IMG/VR virus record: IMGVR_UViG_3300008107_000013
From: an uncultured virus (IMG/VR IMGVR_UViG_3300008107_000013)
Lineage: Duplodnaviria > Heunggongvirae > Uroviricota > Caudoviricetes
Direction: 5' to 3' (one strand)
Length of the DNA stretch: 64,000 bases
How positions within the stretch are numbered: the first letter of the stretch is position 1; every line of letters starts with the position of its first letter. The notes under the pieces are model-generated. The model did not search any database, had not been told where the DNA came from, and worked only from the letters and a program-made list of their open reading frames with translations. Made by a program: the position numbers and the translations under genes. Shown one piece after another: positions 42,744 through 53,106 of the stretch.

Positions 42744-44078
42744 TTACATCAGGTTGTTAACGAGGAATCTACGATAGTAAACGTTAGAATCTCTGAGAAC
42801 TGTACCGCCACCTGCTGTCTCGCCTTCTGCAAACGGGTTAGCAACCATTCCATAACGGGTTTTGAAACCAATCTTTGGCTGGAATGTGTCTTGATCGACA
42901 GCACGAACCATTTGGAGAGGAACATACGGGCAGTAGAACATACCAGCGTCAAATGCCGAAGAGCCTTTGTAGCCGATTGTTACATAGTTACCTGTTGTAT
43001 ACGGATCGATGTAAACGCGTAAACGTCCATTTAGAACACCGGCAAATGTTGCACCTGTGTCATCGATTTGAAGGTTGTTAGAGTTCAGGGCAGGAGCATA
43101 GTCCAGAACACCGGCCATTTGCAGGGCAGACGCAACGTCCGACGAGCAGAGAACGATGTTACCTTTACCTCTACGAGTTTCTTTTGCAATTTGGTTAGCT
43201 TCGCGCTCAAGTTGGAACATCAAGCCCTTGAACTTCTCAACTGACCAACGACCATTAGAATCTGTATCCAGGTCAAAAATACCTGCTGCAGTTGTATCGG
43301 AAACGCAACCCTGCTTGGCGCAGACGTTGATTGTACGAACAACTTCACGATTGATTTCAGCAAGGATTTCCGAAGACAGGATGTTGGAGAGCTCTTGCTC
43401 GGCATCCAGACCGTGAACTGCTTTCAGGTCTTGTGCTAATTCCATCGTGTACTCAGCTTTCAGAGCACGGGACTTAGCAGTAACGGACACTTTCTCAATT
43501 GAGAAGGCCATTTCCGGGAAAACTAGTGAAGAGTTAGAACCGAGGTACTCAGCTTTAGTTGTGGTCATTCCAGCTGCGTAGTTGTATGTGTTATCCCAAC
43601 CGTTGGAAGGAACTGTACCTTTGTGCTGATTGCCTTGTGTGTTAGCGCCAGACTGTGTTGCAGAGAAGCCTGTGTTAACTTCGTTGTAGAATGTCTCTGT
43701 ACCAGCTTGGTTGCTGTAACGAGCACGCATTGCAAAAATCAAACCGGTAGGACCTGTCATAGGCTGAACACCCAACAGATCATAAGCGATAAGATTTGGC
43801 ATTGCACGGCGAACCAGCGAAATCAATACTGGATCGAAAATATCGATAGCACCGTCAGAAGCGGTAGAGGATGAACCTTGCATTGCATTGACTGGCTGAC
43901 CTGCTTCAAACAGACGCTGGCTGCCATGGGCAATACCCGAGGCCTCGCGCAAAGCACGCTCAGTATTTTCCAATACTGTAGCGGTGACCATACGCTTGTG
44001 AGGATCCGTAATCTTAGCTAGATCTGGATGCTCAAGGATTGGGCCCCATTTTTTTTGAATTTCTTCATTTAAGTACAT
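42744..44078 (-). CDS. gp23: major capsid protein
   Basis: LVRRAMPNLIA, VQPMTGPTG, KSRALKAEYT and FQPKIGFKTRYG motifs. Confidence 0.98.
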   Translation of the reverse strand: MYLNEEIQKKWGPILEHPDLAKITDPHKRMVTATVLENTERALREASGIAHGSQRLFEAGQPVNAMQGSSSTASDGAIDIFDPVLISLVRRAMPNLIAYDLLGVQPMTGPTGLIFAMRARYSNQAGTETFYNEVNTGFSATQSGANTQGNQHKGTVPSNGWDNTYNYAAGMTTTKAEYLGSNSSLVFPEMAFSIEKVSVTAKSRALKAEYTMELAQDLKAVHGLDAEQELSNILSSEILAEINREVVRTINVCAKQGCVSDTTAAGIFDLDTDSNGRWSVEKFKGLMFQLEREANQIAKETRRGKGNIVLCSSDVASALQMAGVLDYAPALNSNNLQIDDTGATFAGVLNGRLRVYIDPYTTGNYVTIGYKGSSAFDAGMFYCPYVPLQMVRAVDQDTFQPKIGFKTRYGMVANPFAEGETAGGGTVLRDSNVYYRRFLVNNLM

Positions 44079-44119
44079 TTGTGAGTCTCCCTTGGTTATT
44101 AAATATTTTGGGCTTTAAG

Positions 44120-44127
44120 TATTTATA
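44120..44127 (-). promoter_or_regulatory. late promoter TATAAATA (gp23)
   Basis: Exact consensus. Confidence 0.85.
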
Positions 44128-44131
44128 AAAA

Positions 44132-45100
44132 TTATTTCTTAACGGTGCGTGCAATAGCATCCATGTATCTTGCAACAACAGGATCAGAGATCTTTGGAGT
44201 TGTGCTTTCAGCAGGCTCTTCAGCAGAAGCAACTTCTTGCTCTACTAAAGCGGCGCCAACTTTCTTATCAGCGAAATAGTTCTCTTTAACGATCTCTAAT
44301 TTACGCTTGTAAGATTGCTCATCTGTATAATCTACGCCATCGGCCAGAGCAGCAAACTTCTCTACCTGTGTCTCAGCAAGACCTTCAGATACTTCAGCGA
44401 AGATGGATTCTTTCGAATACACTTCAACTACTTTTTTCATTTGGATATTATTATCTACTGCTTCGTTAAGCTTGGCTTCCAGCTCTTCTACCTTACCGGC
44501 GAGCTCGCCCAAGACATCCATTTTATCTTCTGGAATGTCGATATAATTTTCTGCGAAAAGTTTCTTCATACCGTCGATAAACTCTTCTGCAATTTCCAAG
44601 CGCAGGGAGTTGTCGATTGCAACTTCGTTTTCAGTCATCCATTCTTGAACGACATAGTCCATATACTCTTCTATACGGGCGTCAACTTCTTCCATAAAGC
44701 TAGTCATTTCTTGAGCAAGTTTTTGCTCGTACTGCTCTTCTAACTGCTTTTCTGTTTCAGAAATACGAGCAGCGACAGCAGCTTCAAAAATTGTTGTAGC
44801 TTTGAGTCTAAAGTCCTCAGAAATTTCCTCTCCTGCGAACATAGCATCAATGTCTTCTTTCATAGAAACTGAAGCTTTGTTCTTGGCAGAATTGTCACCA
44901 GTAGCTTTGGTGTTGTTTTCTGTGTTAGTATCTTCAACGCCAGGATTGTTTGGATCTTCAATCTTTTGCATTGCATCACCTTGATTTTTTGAGTTTGGAA
45001 GAGTAGCTCTTACATTAGTTGGTTCGCAGCCTTGAGAGGTTCCAGTCTCCCCACCACCTGTAACAACTTTCTCTTGTAATTCCTTTTCGTTTTTCAGCAT
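44132..45100 (-). CDS. gp22: prohead core scaffolding protein
   Basis: KATTIFEAAV and YMDYVVQEWM.EN motifs; acidic coiled coil. Confidence 0.93.
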   Translation of the reverse strand: MLKNEKELQEKVVTGGGETGTSQGCEPTNVRATLPNSKNQGDAMQKIEDPNNPGVEDTNTENNTKATGDNSAKNKASVSMKEDIDAMFAGEEISEDFRLKATTIFEAAVAARISETEKQLEEQYEQKLAQEMTSFMEEVDARIEEYMDYVVQEWMTENEVAIDNSLRLEIAEEFIDGMKKLFAENYIDIPEDKMDVLGELAGKVEELEAKLNEAVDNNIQMKKVVEVYSKESIFAEVSEGLAETQVEKFAALADGVDYTDEQSYKRKLEIVKENYFADKKVGAALVEQEVASAEEPAESTTPKISDPVVARYMDAIARTVKK

Positions 45101-45130
45101 TTTTAAAACTCCTTGAATAACTTGTCTAAT

Positions 45131-45138
45131 TATTTATA
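45131..45138 (-). promoter_or_regulatory. late promoter TATAAATA (gp22)
   Basis: Exact consensus. Confidence 0.85.
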
Positions 45139-45141
45139 TTT

Positions 45142-45801
45142 CTATTTTCTCGAAAGGTGGGACATAAAGCTTTCAAAGACCTTTATTTTCACTTCTTCTA
45201 GGTTTCTTCTAGGAGCTTTTTGAACCTCTTGTTTCATCTCTTCAATTTTTTGTGGTTTTATAACACCATTCGTCCAGACCCACTCAACTCCTTCCATAAT
45301 TCCTCTAACAAAAGCATCAGGGGCAGAAGGATCAGCAACAATATCGGCGGCAGTAGAAAGATAGAAGTCATCTTGAACTTCATTTACTCCTTCTTTATTC
45401 ATCTTTAAAGATCCCATACCTCTTGACGAAACGCCAATTTTTGCTTTTTCATCAAGTAAATTTTTTACAATGTTACCGTAGGGAGTGTCGAGAATTTTAG
45501 CTTTACCGTATACATCGTCGCCTTCCATTCTAAGAACTTTGGTAAGATGAGATACTCTTTCTAAATTAATTTGAGGTCCGGAAGGATGTCCAAGTTCTCC
45601 AAAAGCGCGATTCTGCTCAACAAGCTCTTTGTTATAGCGGTCTATTTCTTTTGCCATTACTTCTTTAGGATAAACTCGACCGTTACGATTTTTTCTATTC
45701 GACTGCATAAAAATGCCTTCGATAAAATAATCCTTCTTGCCTGATTCTTTTTGTTCAACAAGAACGTTAACTTCTTCTACTAATTCGGTAAACAGTTTCA
45801 T
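45142..45801 (-). CDS. gp21: prohead protease
   Basis: NRNGRVYP, GELGHP, GVSSRGMGS and DIVADPS motifs. Confidence 0.97.
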   Translation of the reverse strand: MKLFTELVEEVNVLVEQKESGKKDYFIEGIFMQSNRKNRNGRVYPKEVMAKEIDRYNKELVEQNRAFGELGHPSGPQINLERVSHLTKVLRMEGDDVYGKAKILDTPYGNIVKNLLDEKAKIGVSSRGMGSLKMNKEGVNEVQDDFYLSTAADIVADPSAPDAFVRGIMEGVEWVWTNGVIKPQKIEEMKQEVQKAPRRNLEEVKIKVFESFMSHLSRK

Positions 45802-45810
45802 TTCTTATCC

Positions 45811-46092
45811 TTAAAAGTAGCCGATCGATACGGCAAGCACTTTACCAGTTGCTGAGGTGTTTGACTCTAATGTATCGGTAGGATCTTTAATAAGAAAAAC
45901 TTCATCGCCTCCAGTACCTGCCGCATTTAATGTGATTGTTCCAAGCGTGGTAGTATCAGAGTTCTTTTGTGTAATTAGAAATTTTGCAGCACTATCAGTA
46001 TTAATCATTCTAACTAACGAACCTAACGATACCGTGTTAGAAGCAGTATTAACGAGTGAGAGCTCAGACCCTTTTAGCTTAATATCAGCCAT
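45811..46092 (-). CDS. hypothetical head-region protein
   Basis: 93 aa, between gp68-like and gp21. Confidence 0.7.
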   Translation of the reverse strand: MADIKLKGSELSLVNTASNTVSLGSLVRMINTDSAAKFLITQKNSDTTTLGTITLNAAGTGGDEVFLIKDPTDTLESNTSATGKVLAVSIGYF

Positions 46093-46450
46093 TTTCTACT
46101 TCCTTCTGAAGTTCTTCTTCTAGTTCCAAAAGAAATTCTTCTAGTCTATTTTCTTCTATAATTTTAACTAACTCAGCTCTTTCGTCATCGTCGCAGTCAG
46201 CATACATTTCTAAGAGAACTGTAGTTAAATCCTCTTCTACTTCTTCGTAAACTTTTTCATCATCATTGGCATCGTATCCGTGATTTTCTTTTTTACGGTC
46301 AATTTTTTTTACTTTTGATCCGGTAAATACATCGTCACCGTTACCATTAGCGTCTTCCGTTTTTGACACAATGTGTTTGTCGACGAATTTTTGTTCATCG
46401 CCTGACTTTGGACGGTAAACCTCTTTAATTTGTTTCAGCGTTTTCGCCAT
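46085..46450 (-). CDS. prohead core protein, gp68-like (start reassigned to 46450)
   Basis: MAKTLKQIKE after GGAG SD; synteny after gp67. Confidence 0.6.
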   Translation of the reverse strand: MAKTLKQIKEVYRPKSGDEQKFVDKHIVSKTEDANGNGDDVFTGSKVKKIDRKKENHGYDANDDEKVYEEVEEDLTTVLLEMYADCDDDERAELVKIIEENRLEEFLLELEEELQKEVENG

Positions 46451-46667
46451 TTTGTTCTCCCGTTTCAGCTTCTGCAGAGACTTCGTCCCCTTCTTCCGGA
46501 GCTGATTGTGTATTAAAAACGTTTTTTGAAAGCTCAAGCTTCCTGCTTTCAATAGCACTATAAACCCTGTCGGCAATAACGCTATTAAAAGCATCCTTAA
46601 AATTGGATGGCTGCTTTTGAATTGCAGCTGAAATTAAATCTTGTACATCTACTGTTGCTTCTGACAT
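46425..46667 (-). CDS. prohead core protein, gp67-like
   Basis: Small, acidic tail, directly after portal; AATAAATA late-like box at 46691. Confidence 0.7.
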   Translation of the reverse strand: MSEATVDVQDLISAAIQKQPSNFKDAFNSVIADRVYSAIESRKLELSKNVFNTQSAPEEGDEVSAEAETGEQNGENAETN

Positions 46668-46696
46668 GGTTTCTCCTGTATTATATTACATATTTA

Positions 46697-48277
46697 TTAT
46701 TGTTGGCCTTGTGGGGGCAACTCTTCTGGAGGAAGCTCTTGTTGTGCTTCTCCTTCCTCCGGCCGTTGGTATTGCTCAATCTCACCTTCTGATTCTATTT
46801 GTTGATTTAACTCTTCCATCTCTTCGTCTGATTGTCTAAGAATATTTTTTCTTATCCATTCATGGGAATAATATTTGCCAGCAAACATATCTACATCTTT
46901 AAGAACACTCATTCTCTCTCTAATAATTTCTACTTCTTTGAGTTCGGAAAAGAAATTATCTAAGGTATAATCAAAGTTAATATCTTGATTGAAGTCAACC
47001 CAATCTTCTTTTGTAATAATTCCTTTGAGTATTAATTGCTTTTCTAATGTCTTTAAGAAAATGGAAGAAAATTTAGTTCTTAATCTTGTAATAAGTTTAG
47101 CAAATTTAACTTCGTCACGAGAGATTTCTGTTGAACGGCCCATATTGAAAGCTGTCTCAGCGCTCATTCTAGAAGGAGGAACTCCAAGCGCCTCATATAA
47201 AGATTTCTTAAAGTATTCTACTTCATTCATTTCTCCAGAAAGTTGACCAGGGGGTAGTGTAGCAATTTCTGTTCCTCTGTTCCCTTCTCTTCTGGGGAGC
47301 CAATAATCTTCTAACATTGTCATAAACTTACGATCATCTCTAATTTCACCAGTAGAAGAATCATACACAACTCTATTCTTGTGACGGGTCATCATATCTT
47401 TCAAGTACTGCTCGGCCTTCATTTTAGGAAGATTACCAACGTCAATATAAAAAATTCTTCTTTCAGGAGCTCTTGAAACTTTGTAAATGATTGTTGCATC
47501 CTCTAATGTTCTTAACTGGTTTAGAGGTTTTATTGCTTTATGTAAGTAAGAAAGAACTAATGTATTATTTACATCCATTATCCCGGATGTAACATGAAGA
47601 ATACTATCTTTAGCTATCTTTAACCCTGATGTACCGTAAGTGTACTGAGTGTTAATTGCGTTGGGTATTTGAGTGTTTAACCCTTTATCATTGTAAATGT
47701 AATACTCTCGAGAGGTACTAACAAGCGTGGCTTGAGTGGGCTGATCTTTTTTTCTTCTTAACTCTCGTACTTTTCTAATCTTACGGGGGTCAATATATCT
47801 AAGTTCTTTGATACCGGCTCTAACGTCTTTTTCATCTATAATGATATGGTAGTACATTCTACCGTCCACATACCATCTTCTGAATAAATCGTAAGCCTGG
47901 TTATTAAAGTTTAGAAGTTTAAGTACCCCATTAAACTCTTGAGTAATTAGTTTTTTAATTCTATCTGGCTGTTGTAATCTATCCAGATTAATTTTAACAA
48001 TGTCATTATTTGGTTCTATGACTATGGCTTCGTTTACTATATCATCAATAGCTTTATCAACTTCGGGTTGCTGGGCCATTGAACGATATTTGTTAACAAG
48101 CTCGGCTTCATTTTTAGCCGATCCTTCCATATCCACGTAGGTGCCGTAAGCACCCCCTGCAGCAACAACAACAGCTCCGTCGTCGTTAGACTCGGGAGCG
48201 AAAGATCTTTGTCTTTGTTCTTGCTGTTGTTCTTCAGCGGGTTTGCGGCGTATCTCAAAGCCGAAAAGTTCTGCCAT
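46697..48277 (-). CDS. gp20: portal protein
   Basis: WYVDGR, SYLHKAIK, RAPERRIFYIDVG and MLEDYWLPRREG motifs. Confidence 0.98.
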   Translation of the reverse strand: MAELFGFEIRRKPAEEQQQEQRQRSFAPESNDDGAVVVAAGGAYGTYVDMEGSAKNEAELVNKYRSMAQQPEVDKAIDDIVNEAIVIEPNNDIVKINLDRLQQPDRIKKLITQEFNGVLKLLNFNNQAYDLFRRWYVDGRMYYHIIIDEKDVRAGIKELRYIDPRKIRKVRELRRKKDQPTQATLVSTSREYYIYNDKGLNTQIPNAINTQYTYGTSGLKIAKDSILHVTSGIMDVNNTLVLSYLHKAIKPLNQLRTLEDATIIYKVSRAPERRIFYIDVGNLPKMKAEQYLKDMMTRHKNRVVYDSSTGEIRDDRKFMTMLEDYWLPRREGNRGTEIATLPPGQLSGEMNEVEYFKKSLYEALGVPPSRMSAETAFNMGRSTEISRDEVKFAKLITRLRTKFSSIFLKTLEKQLILKGIITKEDWVDFNQDINFDYTLDNFFSELKEVEIIRERMSVLKDVDMFAGKYYSHEWIRKNILRQSDEEMEELNQQIESEGEIEQYQRPEEGEAQQELPPEELPPQGQQ

Positions 48278-48286
48278 AATATCCTC

Positions 48287-48311
48287 AAAGAGGAGCGGGA
48301 CTAGCCCGCTC
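48287..48311 (-). terminator. hairpin after gp19 (weak terminator or processing site)
   Basis: GAGCGGG-CTAGT-CCCGCTC then CTCTTT. Confidence 0.5.
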
Positions 48312-48319
48312 TACTATAA

Positions 48320-48871
48320 TTAAGCTCCACCACCGTTGCCGGTAATTCCTCCAGTAACTTCCCACCAATCGTATGCAAATGTTACTGTAAATTCTTGAAT
48401 AGTATCAGTTGCATTCCAATCAACATCAATTGGAGAAATCTCGGCAGGGTAAATTCCATCAAAAGTATAAGTTCTGATAGGAATTCCTGTTTTCGAAAAT
48501 TGTGTAACCTGTGCGTTAGCTTTGTAAAGAAGTGGTGAAGCAGCTCCAAACGAACGAAGGTTTGTTCTATGAGTCTGAATCTTATTCGACCACTCTTCCA
48601 TTGCGTTACGAATCAAAAAGTCTTCGTCGTTGATAACCGTAACTGTCCAATCAGCAAACACTCTATCTCCTGCTAACTTAATTTTCCTACCGTAGTATGG
48701 TACCTGAATTGTACCAAGGGTAGAAGCAGGGATCTGAGATGCTCGTACCATAAAAGGTACTTTAATGTCGCCTACGCTGTTGCCAGGGTTATTAAACTGA
48801 ACCTGGAACAGGGAGTTACGAGCACCACCAAATGTTAGCTGACTTCTAATTTCATTTACATTAAATGCCAT
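48320..48871 (-). CDS. gp19: tail tube protein
   Basis: GGARNSLF and AGDRVFADWTVTVINDEDF motifs. Confidence 0.96.
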   Translation of the reverse strand: MAFNVNEIRSQLTFGGARNSLFQVQFNNPGNSVGDIKVPFMVRASQIPASTLGTIQVPYYGRKIKLAGDRVFADWTVTVINDEDFLIRNAMEEWSNKIQTHRTNLRSFGAASPLLYKANAQVTQFSKTGIPIRTYTFDGIYPAEISPIDVDWNATDTIQEFTVTFAYDWWEVTGGITGNGGGA

Positions 48872-48899
48872 GTTTAGTTCTCCTTGTCTTTTTTATTTA

Positions 48900-51023
48900 T
48901 TAAAACTGTCCGACGATTTCTGAGAACTCAACACCTGATCTAACGGCTACGAAATTAAGCTGAATGTAGTTAATAGACTTGGCTGGTTTGATGTAAATAT
49001 CACCAACAAACTCGTTACGGTCAATAACTTCAGATGTGTTGTTTGTTTCATCACAAACAACCTTAAAGTCGTAAATACCGCGGCGACCTTGAACATCACG
49101 AAGGAAAGGCTCTACAAGGTTCTTAAACTGTGAACGAGTAAATTCGTCATTAAACTCAAACAGTGTAAATTTAGCTGCTGTAGAGATTGCTTTCTCAAGG
49201 ATGTTGAATAGTCTACGAACATTAATTCTATCAAATGCGCTGGGTTTGGACAATAATGTCTTGTCTCCAAACAGAACCGTACCTTCTCCTGGGAATGTGA
49301 CTACAGGGTTAATACCGTTCTTATACAGTTGATCTCTTTGTGCTCTGTTAGGATTGTAAGCAAGCTTGATAACATTCTTAATGTTACCTCTATTAAATCC
49401 TGCTGGCGAGAACCACGGATCTCTTGTATCATCCGTTCTAACGCATAGACCAGCTACATCACCGTTAAGGGGGATGTATCTGTAGACATCGTTAAATTTA
49501 TCGTATTGATATTTGTATCCTGAATCGAGTACAGCGTAGGAAGTACTTGGAAGATTATTTCTAAATGTGATGGAATTATCTACTTCAGAACCATCTGATT
49601 TAGCAACAACCGCAGCACGACTTGGCGACAAGAAGGCTACGCAATCTTTTCTTGACTCAACAACGTTATTAATGATATATGAACCGAGTTGAGCTCCATC
49701 ATTAGTACCTGTTGCTTTACCTTGAAGTACCAGCGAGATGTCAATATCTTCTGATGATTTAAACATATCGTACCCTGCTGCAACAACGTTAAATGTAACG
49801 TTTGCTTCGGAATGACCATCTGAACCTCCTACAAATGACATTGTCATTGGAGAAGTGTTTGATAGGGTATTGGTAATGTTAATAGCTGTGTTGGTGTAGC
49901 CTGCAGATCTGTTTGTGTTATAGTACACATAGCGTGACTGCGAGTTAATAACTTCCTTAACAAATTTAGAAGCACCGTCGGCAGACTTGGCATCTGAAGC
50001 TCGAGATAATCCCTCATAAACTTCTAGAACAGCACCAGGGATTCCTGTAAACTGACCGTTCTCATCCACTACAACTACGTGGACTTCGTCAATTGCACCT
50101 GGAGTTCCACCGTAGCTAGCTTGATAATCAGATGGACCTGGGGCAGCATCTACTACATTAGCATACTCCCAATATCTCTTAAGATATCCTGCAGTGATAG
50201 AATTAACGTTTGCAGAACCTGTTCCGTCAATGCTCAACAGTGTATATTTTGCTTCTGTATTAACTAGAAGTGTTGCGATTGATGCTGTATTGGTAACGCT
50301 TCCAATAGAAGTAACTTTAACTAGCTGGGTTCCAATTGTTGAATTGCCGAGCTCGACTAAATCTCCTACTGTTAATTTTGCTTTAACGGCGGTTAAGCGA
50401 TCTACAGCTTCCCCAATCACACCTGTACCGCTTGGGCCAACAGTAATTGAAAATTGATTTGCTCCAGAAGAAACACTAATGTTTGTAATTGATCCGTTCG
50501 AGCTTATATTAGCATTGCCGTCTGTAAGTTGAACATTCGCAAAATACGCTTCCGAAGTATCACAAACAGAAATTTTCAACGAGTTGCCCAATGCTCCTGG
50601 GTATCTTGCAATGTATCTTACGTTTGTTTCACCAGCGATATTGCTGAGAACAGTTTCGTTATCAATATCAGCATCGCTTTTAATAATAAGATTTGTGTTT
50701 GTTGTAACAGCACCAACGTTAGCATAAGCGGAAAGTACTCCGTTTACTCCTGTTGCATCTGTTGTATTAGCAGTTCTTACAGTATACAGCTTGTTTCCAT
50801 AAGATAGGAAATTTGCAGCTGTAAAAAATGTCTCTGCGTTTAGGTTGGTAGGCTTGCCGAATCTGGTAACAAGAGTAGACTCTGAATCTACTAGTACTCT
50901 TGTGCTGACCGGTCCCCAACGGAAAATACCAGCTAGCGCACCTTCTGTGGTGGAAACCGCTGGTACTACCGTAGTCAGGTCAATTTCAGATACGTTTACG
51001 CCTGGACTAACTTGAAATGGCAT
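48900..51023 (-). CDS. gp18: tail sheath protein
   Basis: SPGVNVSEIDLT, WFSPAGFNRG and DRINVRRLF motifs. Confidence 0.97.
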   Translation of the reverse strand: MPFQVSPGVNVSEIDLTTVVPAVSTTEGALAGIFRWGPVSTRVLVDSESTLVTRFGKPTNLNAETFFTAANFLSYGNKLYTVRTANTTDATGVNGVLSAYANVGAVTTNTNLIIKSDADIDNETVLSNIAGETNVRYIARYPGALGNSLKISVCDTSEAYFANVQLTDGNANISSNGSITNISVSSGANQFSITVGPSGTGVIGEAVDRLTAVKAKLTVGDLVELGNSTIGTQLVKVTSIGSVTNTASIATLLVNTEAKYTLLSIDGTGSANVNSITAGYLKRYWEYANVVDAAPGPSDYQASYGGTPGAIDEVHVVVVDENGQFTGIPGAVLEVYEGLSRASDAKSADGASKFVKEVINSQSRYVYYNTNRSAGYTNTAINITNTLSNTSPMTMSFVGGSDGHSEANVTFNVVAAGYDMFKSSEDIDISLVLQGKATGTNDGAQLGSYIINNVVESRKDCVAFLSPSRAAVVAKSDGSEVDNSITFRNNLPSTSYAVLDSGYKYQYDKFNDVYRYIPLNGDVAGLCVRTDDTRDPWFSPAGFNRGNIKNVIKLAYNPNRAQRDQLYKNGINPVVTFPGEGTVLFGDKTLLSKPSAFDRINVRRLFNILEKAISTAAKFTLFEFNDEFTRSQFKNLVEPFLRDVQGRRGIYDFKVVCDETNNTSEVIDRNEFVGDIYIKPAKSINYIQLNFVAVRSGVEFSEIVGQF

Positions 51024-51065
51024 GTCACTCTCCCTTAAAAATTATGTACAAAATACTTGTCTCTA

Positions 51066-51073
51066 TATTTATA
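51066..51073 (-). promoter_or_regulatory. late promoter TATAAATA (gp18)
   Basis: Exact consensus. Confidence 0.85.
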
Positions 51074-51083
51074 ATTTCAGGAT

Positions 51084-52721
51084 TTACGTAGACATCCATC
51101 TATTAAACGACATATTTTCTTCAAGTGTAACCTCTTCTATTTCAAGAGCAGGTTGTTGAAGCTCATTTTTATCATCCATAAATCCAAATGGTAAGAGCTC
51201 GGCCTCAATTCTTTTTTCGTTATCTTCCTGAAGTCGTCTTCGAAAGCTTAAATCTGTCAATTCTTTAAAATAGAGCTGATCAGTGAGCCAGGAAAATAAA
51301 ACACAGCACATTACTAAGTCATCGTTTCCTTCTTCCGCTTCATAAGAATTATTTTTATGAATAAATCGATACATTTCTTGAATCGTATCGTAGTCATTTA
51401 TAATGAGTTTGTCGTTTTCAATTAGAGACTTAAAATTACTACATCCAACTTTCTTTACTGATTTTGTAGTTCTAACACCTGCGTGAGAAACCCCACTGTG
51501 TCCTCCAGATAGTCTAACGCCTTCAAAATTTCTATTGGTTGTAAACATCATGTTATCATATTCAAAATCATGCATAAGAATATCAGCAACTTGCTGACCA
51601 ATGTCGTTTGTTTCCACAAGAACAAAGCAATTATTATACTCTTTTGCTAGTCTGTAAACAACTGATGGATAAACTACCGGGTCAATTTCTTTGTTTCTAT
51701 AAGAAACTACGTCACGATATGGAAACTCTGTATTGTCAAAGATCTTAAATGCAGAATAATCTCCTTCTTTCCCTCTCGCTGTATCTACTACCATTGTGTA
51801 GACTCTTGAAGGATCAGGTTCTGTATGAATTTTTAAATGCTCGTCAGACTTAATAGGATCCTGATAAACTAATCTTTTAAGCTTTGGACCGCTAATTAAC
51901 GTAGATGACGATCCTAAAAATTCACACTCATACTCTTGTCTGAATTGATCTTCGGAAGTGTTCCGAATTGTTTCTTCTTTCCATTTCTCATCTCTGCCGG
52001 GAACCTGACTCCAGTGCACATCGATGCGTTTGTAAGAATTTCTTCCATTTTCACTATCAGCCCATAGTTTGTAGAATAAATTTAACCCGTTAGGGGTAGA
52101 TGTGATAATAACTTTAGTTGTGGTACCAGAAGAAATGGTAGGATAGACAGATGAAAAAAATGATTCTTGTATATTATTAGGTACGAATGCAAACTCATCA
52201 AGGTATACTAAATTTTGAGAAGTACCTCGAATAGAAGCAGAGGCGGTTGATGACGCCTTTATTTTAGATCCATTTTCTAATTCTACTGATGTTTTGGACC
52301 ATTCTACTACTCCTTGCTGCATCCACGTTGGAAGGTTTTCATACGCAAGTTGAATTCTAGAAAGAATCTCAATTGCCTGCTCTTCTTTATGAGCTAGGAG
52401 TGCTATAGAATAATTTTCATTGAAAAGAGCGTGATGAAGAATGATTCCTACTACAACAGTAGTTTTTCCGACCTGTCGGGGCATTTTACAAATAACAAAC
52501 CGCTCAGCGAAAGATAATTTTATAATGTCGCGTTGAAAGTCATAAGGAATAAAAGGAATTACTCCATGATCAACATGGACAATCTTAACGTAATTTTCTA
52601 TGAAATATTCAGGGTCGCGAGCACACTTTACAAACTCTTGGATCTGATGGGCTGTCCATTCGTGAGTAATGTAGCTGCGTTTTAGATTTCTATTACCGTG
52701 GTAGAAGTCACTTTTGCTCAT
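51084..52721 (-). CDS. gp17: terminase large subunit
   Basis: PRQVGKTT, YLDEFAF, STPNG, QEYECEF and DDLVM motifs. Confidence 0.97.
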   Translation of the reverse strand: MSKSDFYHGNRNLKRSYITHEWTAHQIQEFVKCARDPEYFIENYVKIVHVDHGVIPFIPYDFQRDIIKLSFAERFVICKMPRQVGKTTVVVGIILHHALFNENYSIALLAHKEEQAIEILSRIQLAYENLPTWMQQGVVEWSKTSVELENGSKIKASSTASASIRGTSQNLVYLDEFAFVPNNIQESFFSSVYPTISSGTTTKVIITSTPNGLNLFYKLWADSENGRNSYKRIDVHWSQVPGRDEKWKEETIRNTSEDQFRQEYECEFLGSSSTLISGPKLKRLVYQDPIKSDEHLKIHTEPDPSRVYTMVVDTARGKEGDYSAFKIFDNTEFPYRDVVSYRNKEIDPVVYPSVVYRLAKEYNNCFVLVETNDIGQQVADILMHDFEYDNMMFTTNRNFEGVRLSGGHSGVSHAGVRTTKSVKKVGCSNFKSLIENDKLIINDYDTIQEMYRFIHKNNSYEAEEGNDDLVMCCVLFSWLTDQLYFKELTDLSFRRRLQEDNEKRIEAELLPFGFMDDKNELQQPALEIEEVTLEENMSFNRWMST

Positions 52722-53106
52722 TCTGTTGTTTAATTAGTTTTGTAAGTTCAGAAGTAGAACCTACAAAGAGATTATTATTAATTGTTTGAGGAGATTTAGC
52801 ATCTGACTCGTCTAGATCTTTTTTACGTTTGGATAATTCTAAAAGATCTTTATTTGTCTCTGCCATAGTCTTAATAAGTTCAGCAACAACTTCAAAACTT
52901 CTCGGATGCTGGGACATTTGAGCAACCTCTAACATTCCATCAAGCGCTTCATTTCCCTTTTCGATAATATTAATTAAGTTGCCACGGGCATATTCAAAAT
53001 CAACATTAACCTTATCCGTAGACTCTACTCTAATAGGGCTGCTTGTGGGATTTAAATTTTTTTCTAGTGGTACTACATCTAGAGCAGTTGCTATCTTATC
53101 GTTCAT
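52708..53106 (-). CDS. gp16: terminase small subunit
   Basis: DFEYARGN, HPRSFEV and NNLFVGSTSEL motifs. Confidence 0.93.
   Translation of the reverse strand: MNDKIATALDVVPLEKNLNPTSSPIRVESTDKVNVDFEYARGNLINIIEKGNEALDGMLEVAQMSQHPRSFEVVAELIKTMAETNKDLLELSKRKKDLDESDAKSPQTINNNLFVGSTSELTKLIKQQNEQK

Noticed and set aside
11647..52721. Introns or inteins in gp41, uvsX, gp43, gp46, gp20 or gp17
   Set aside because: All are uninterrupted, of ordinary length and lack visible intein motifs.
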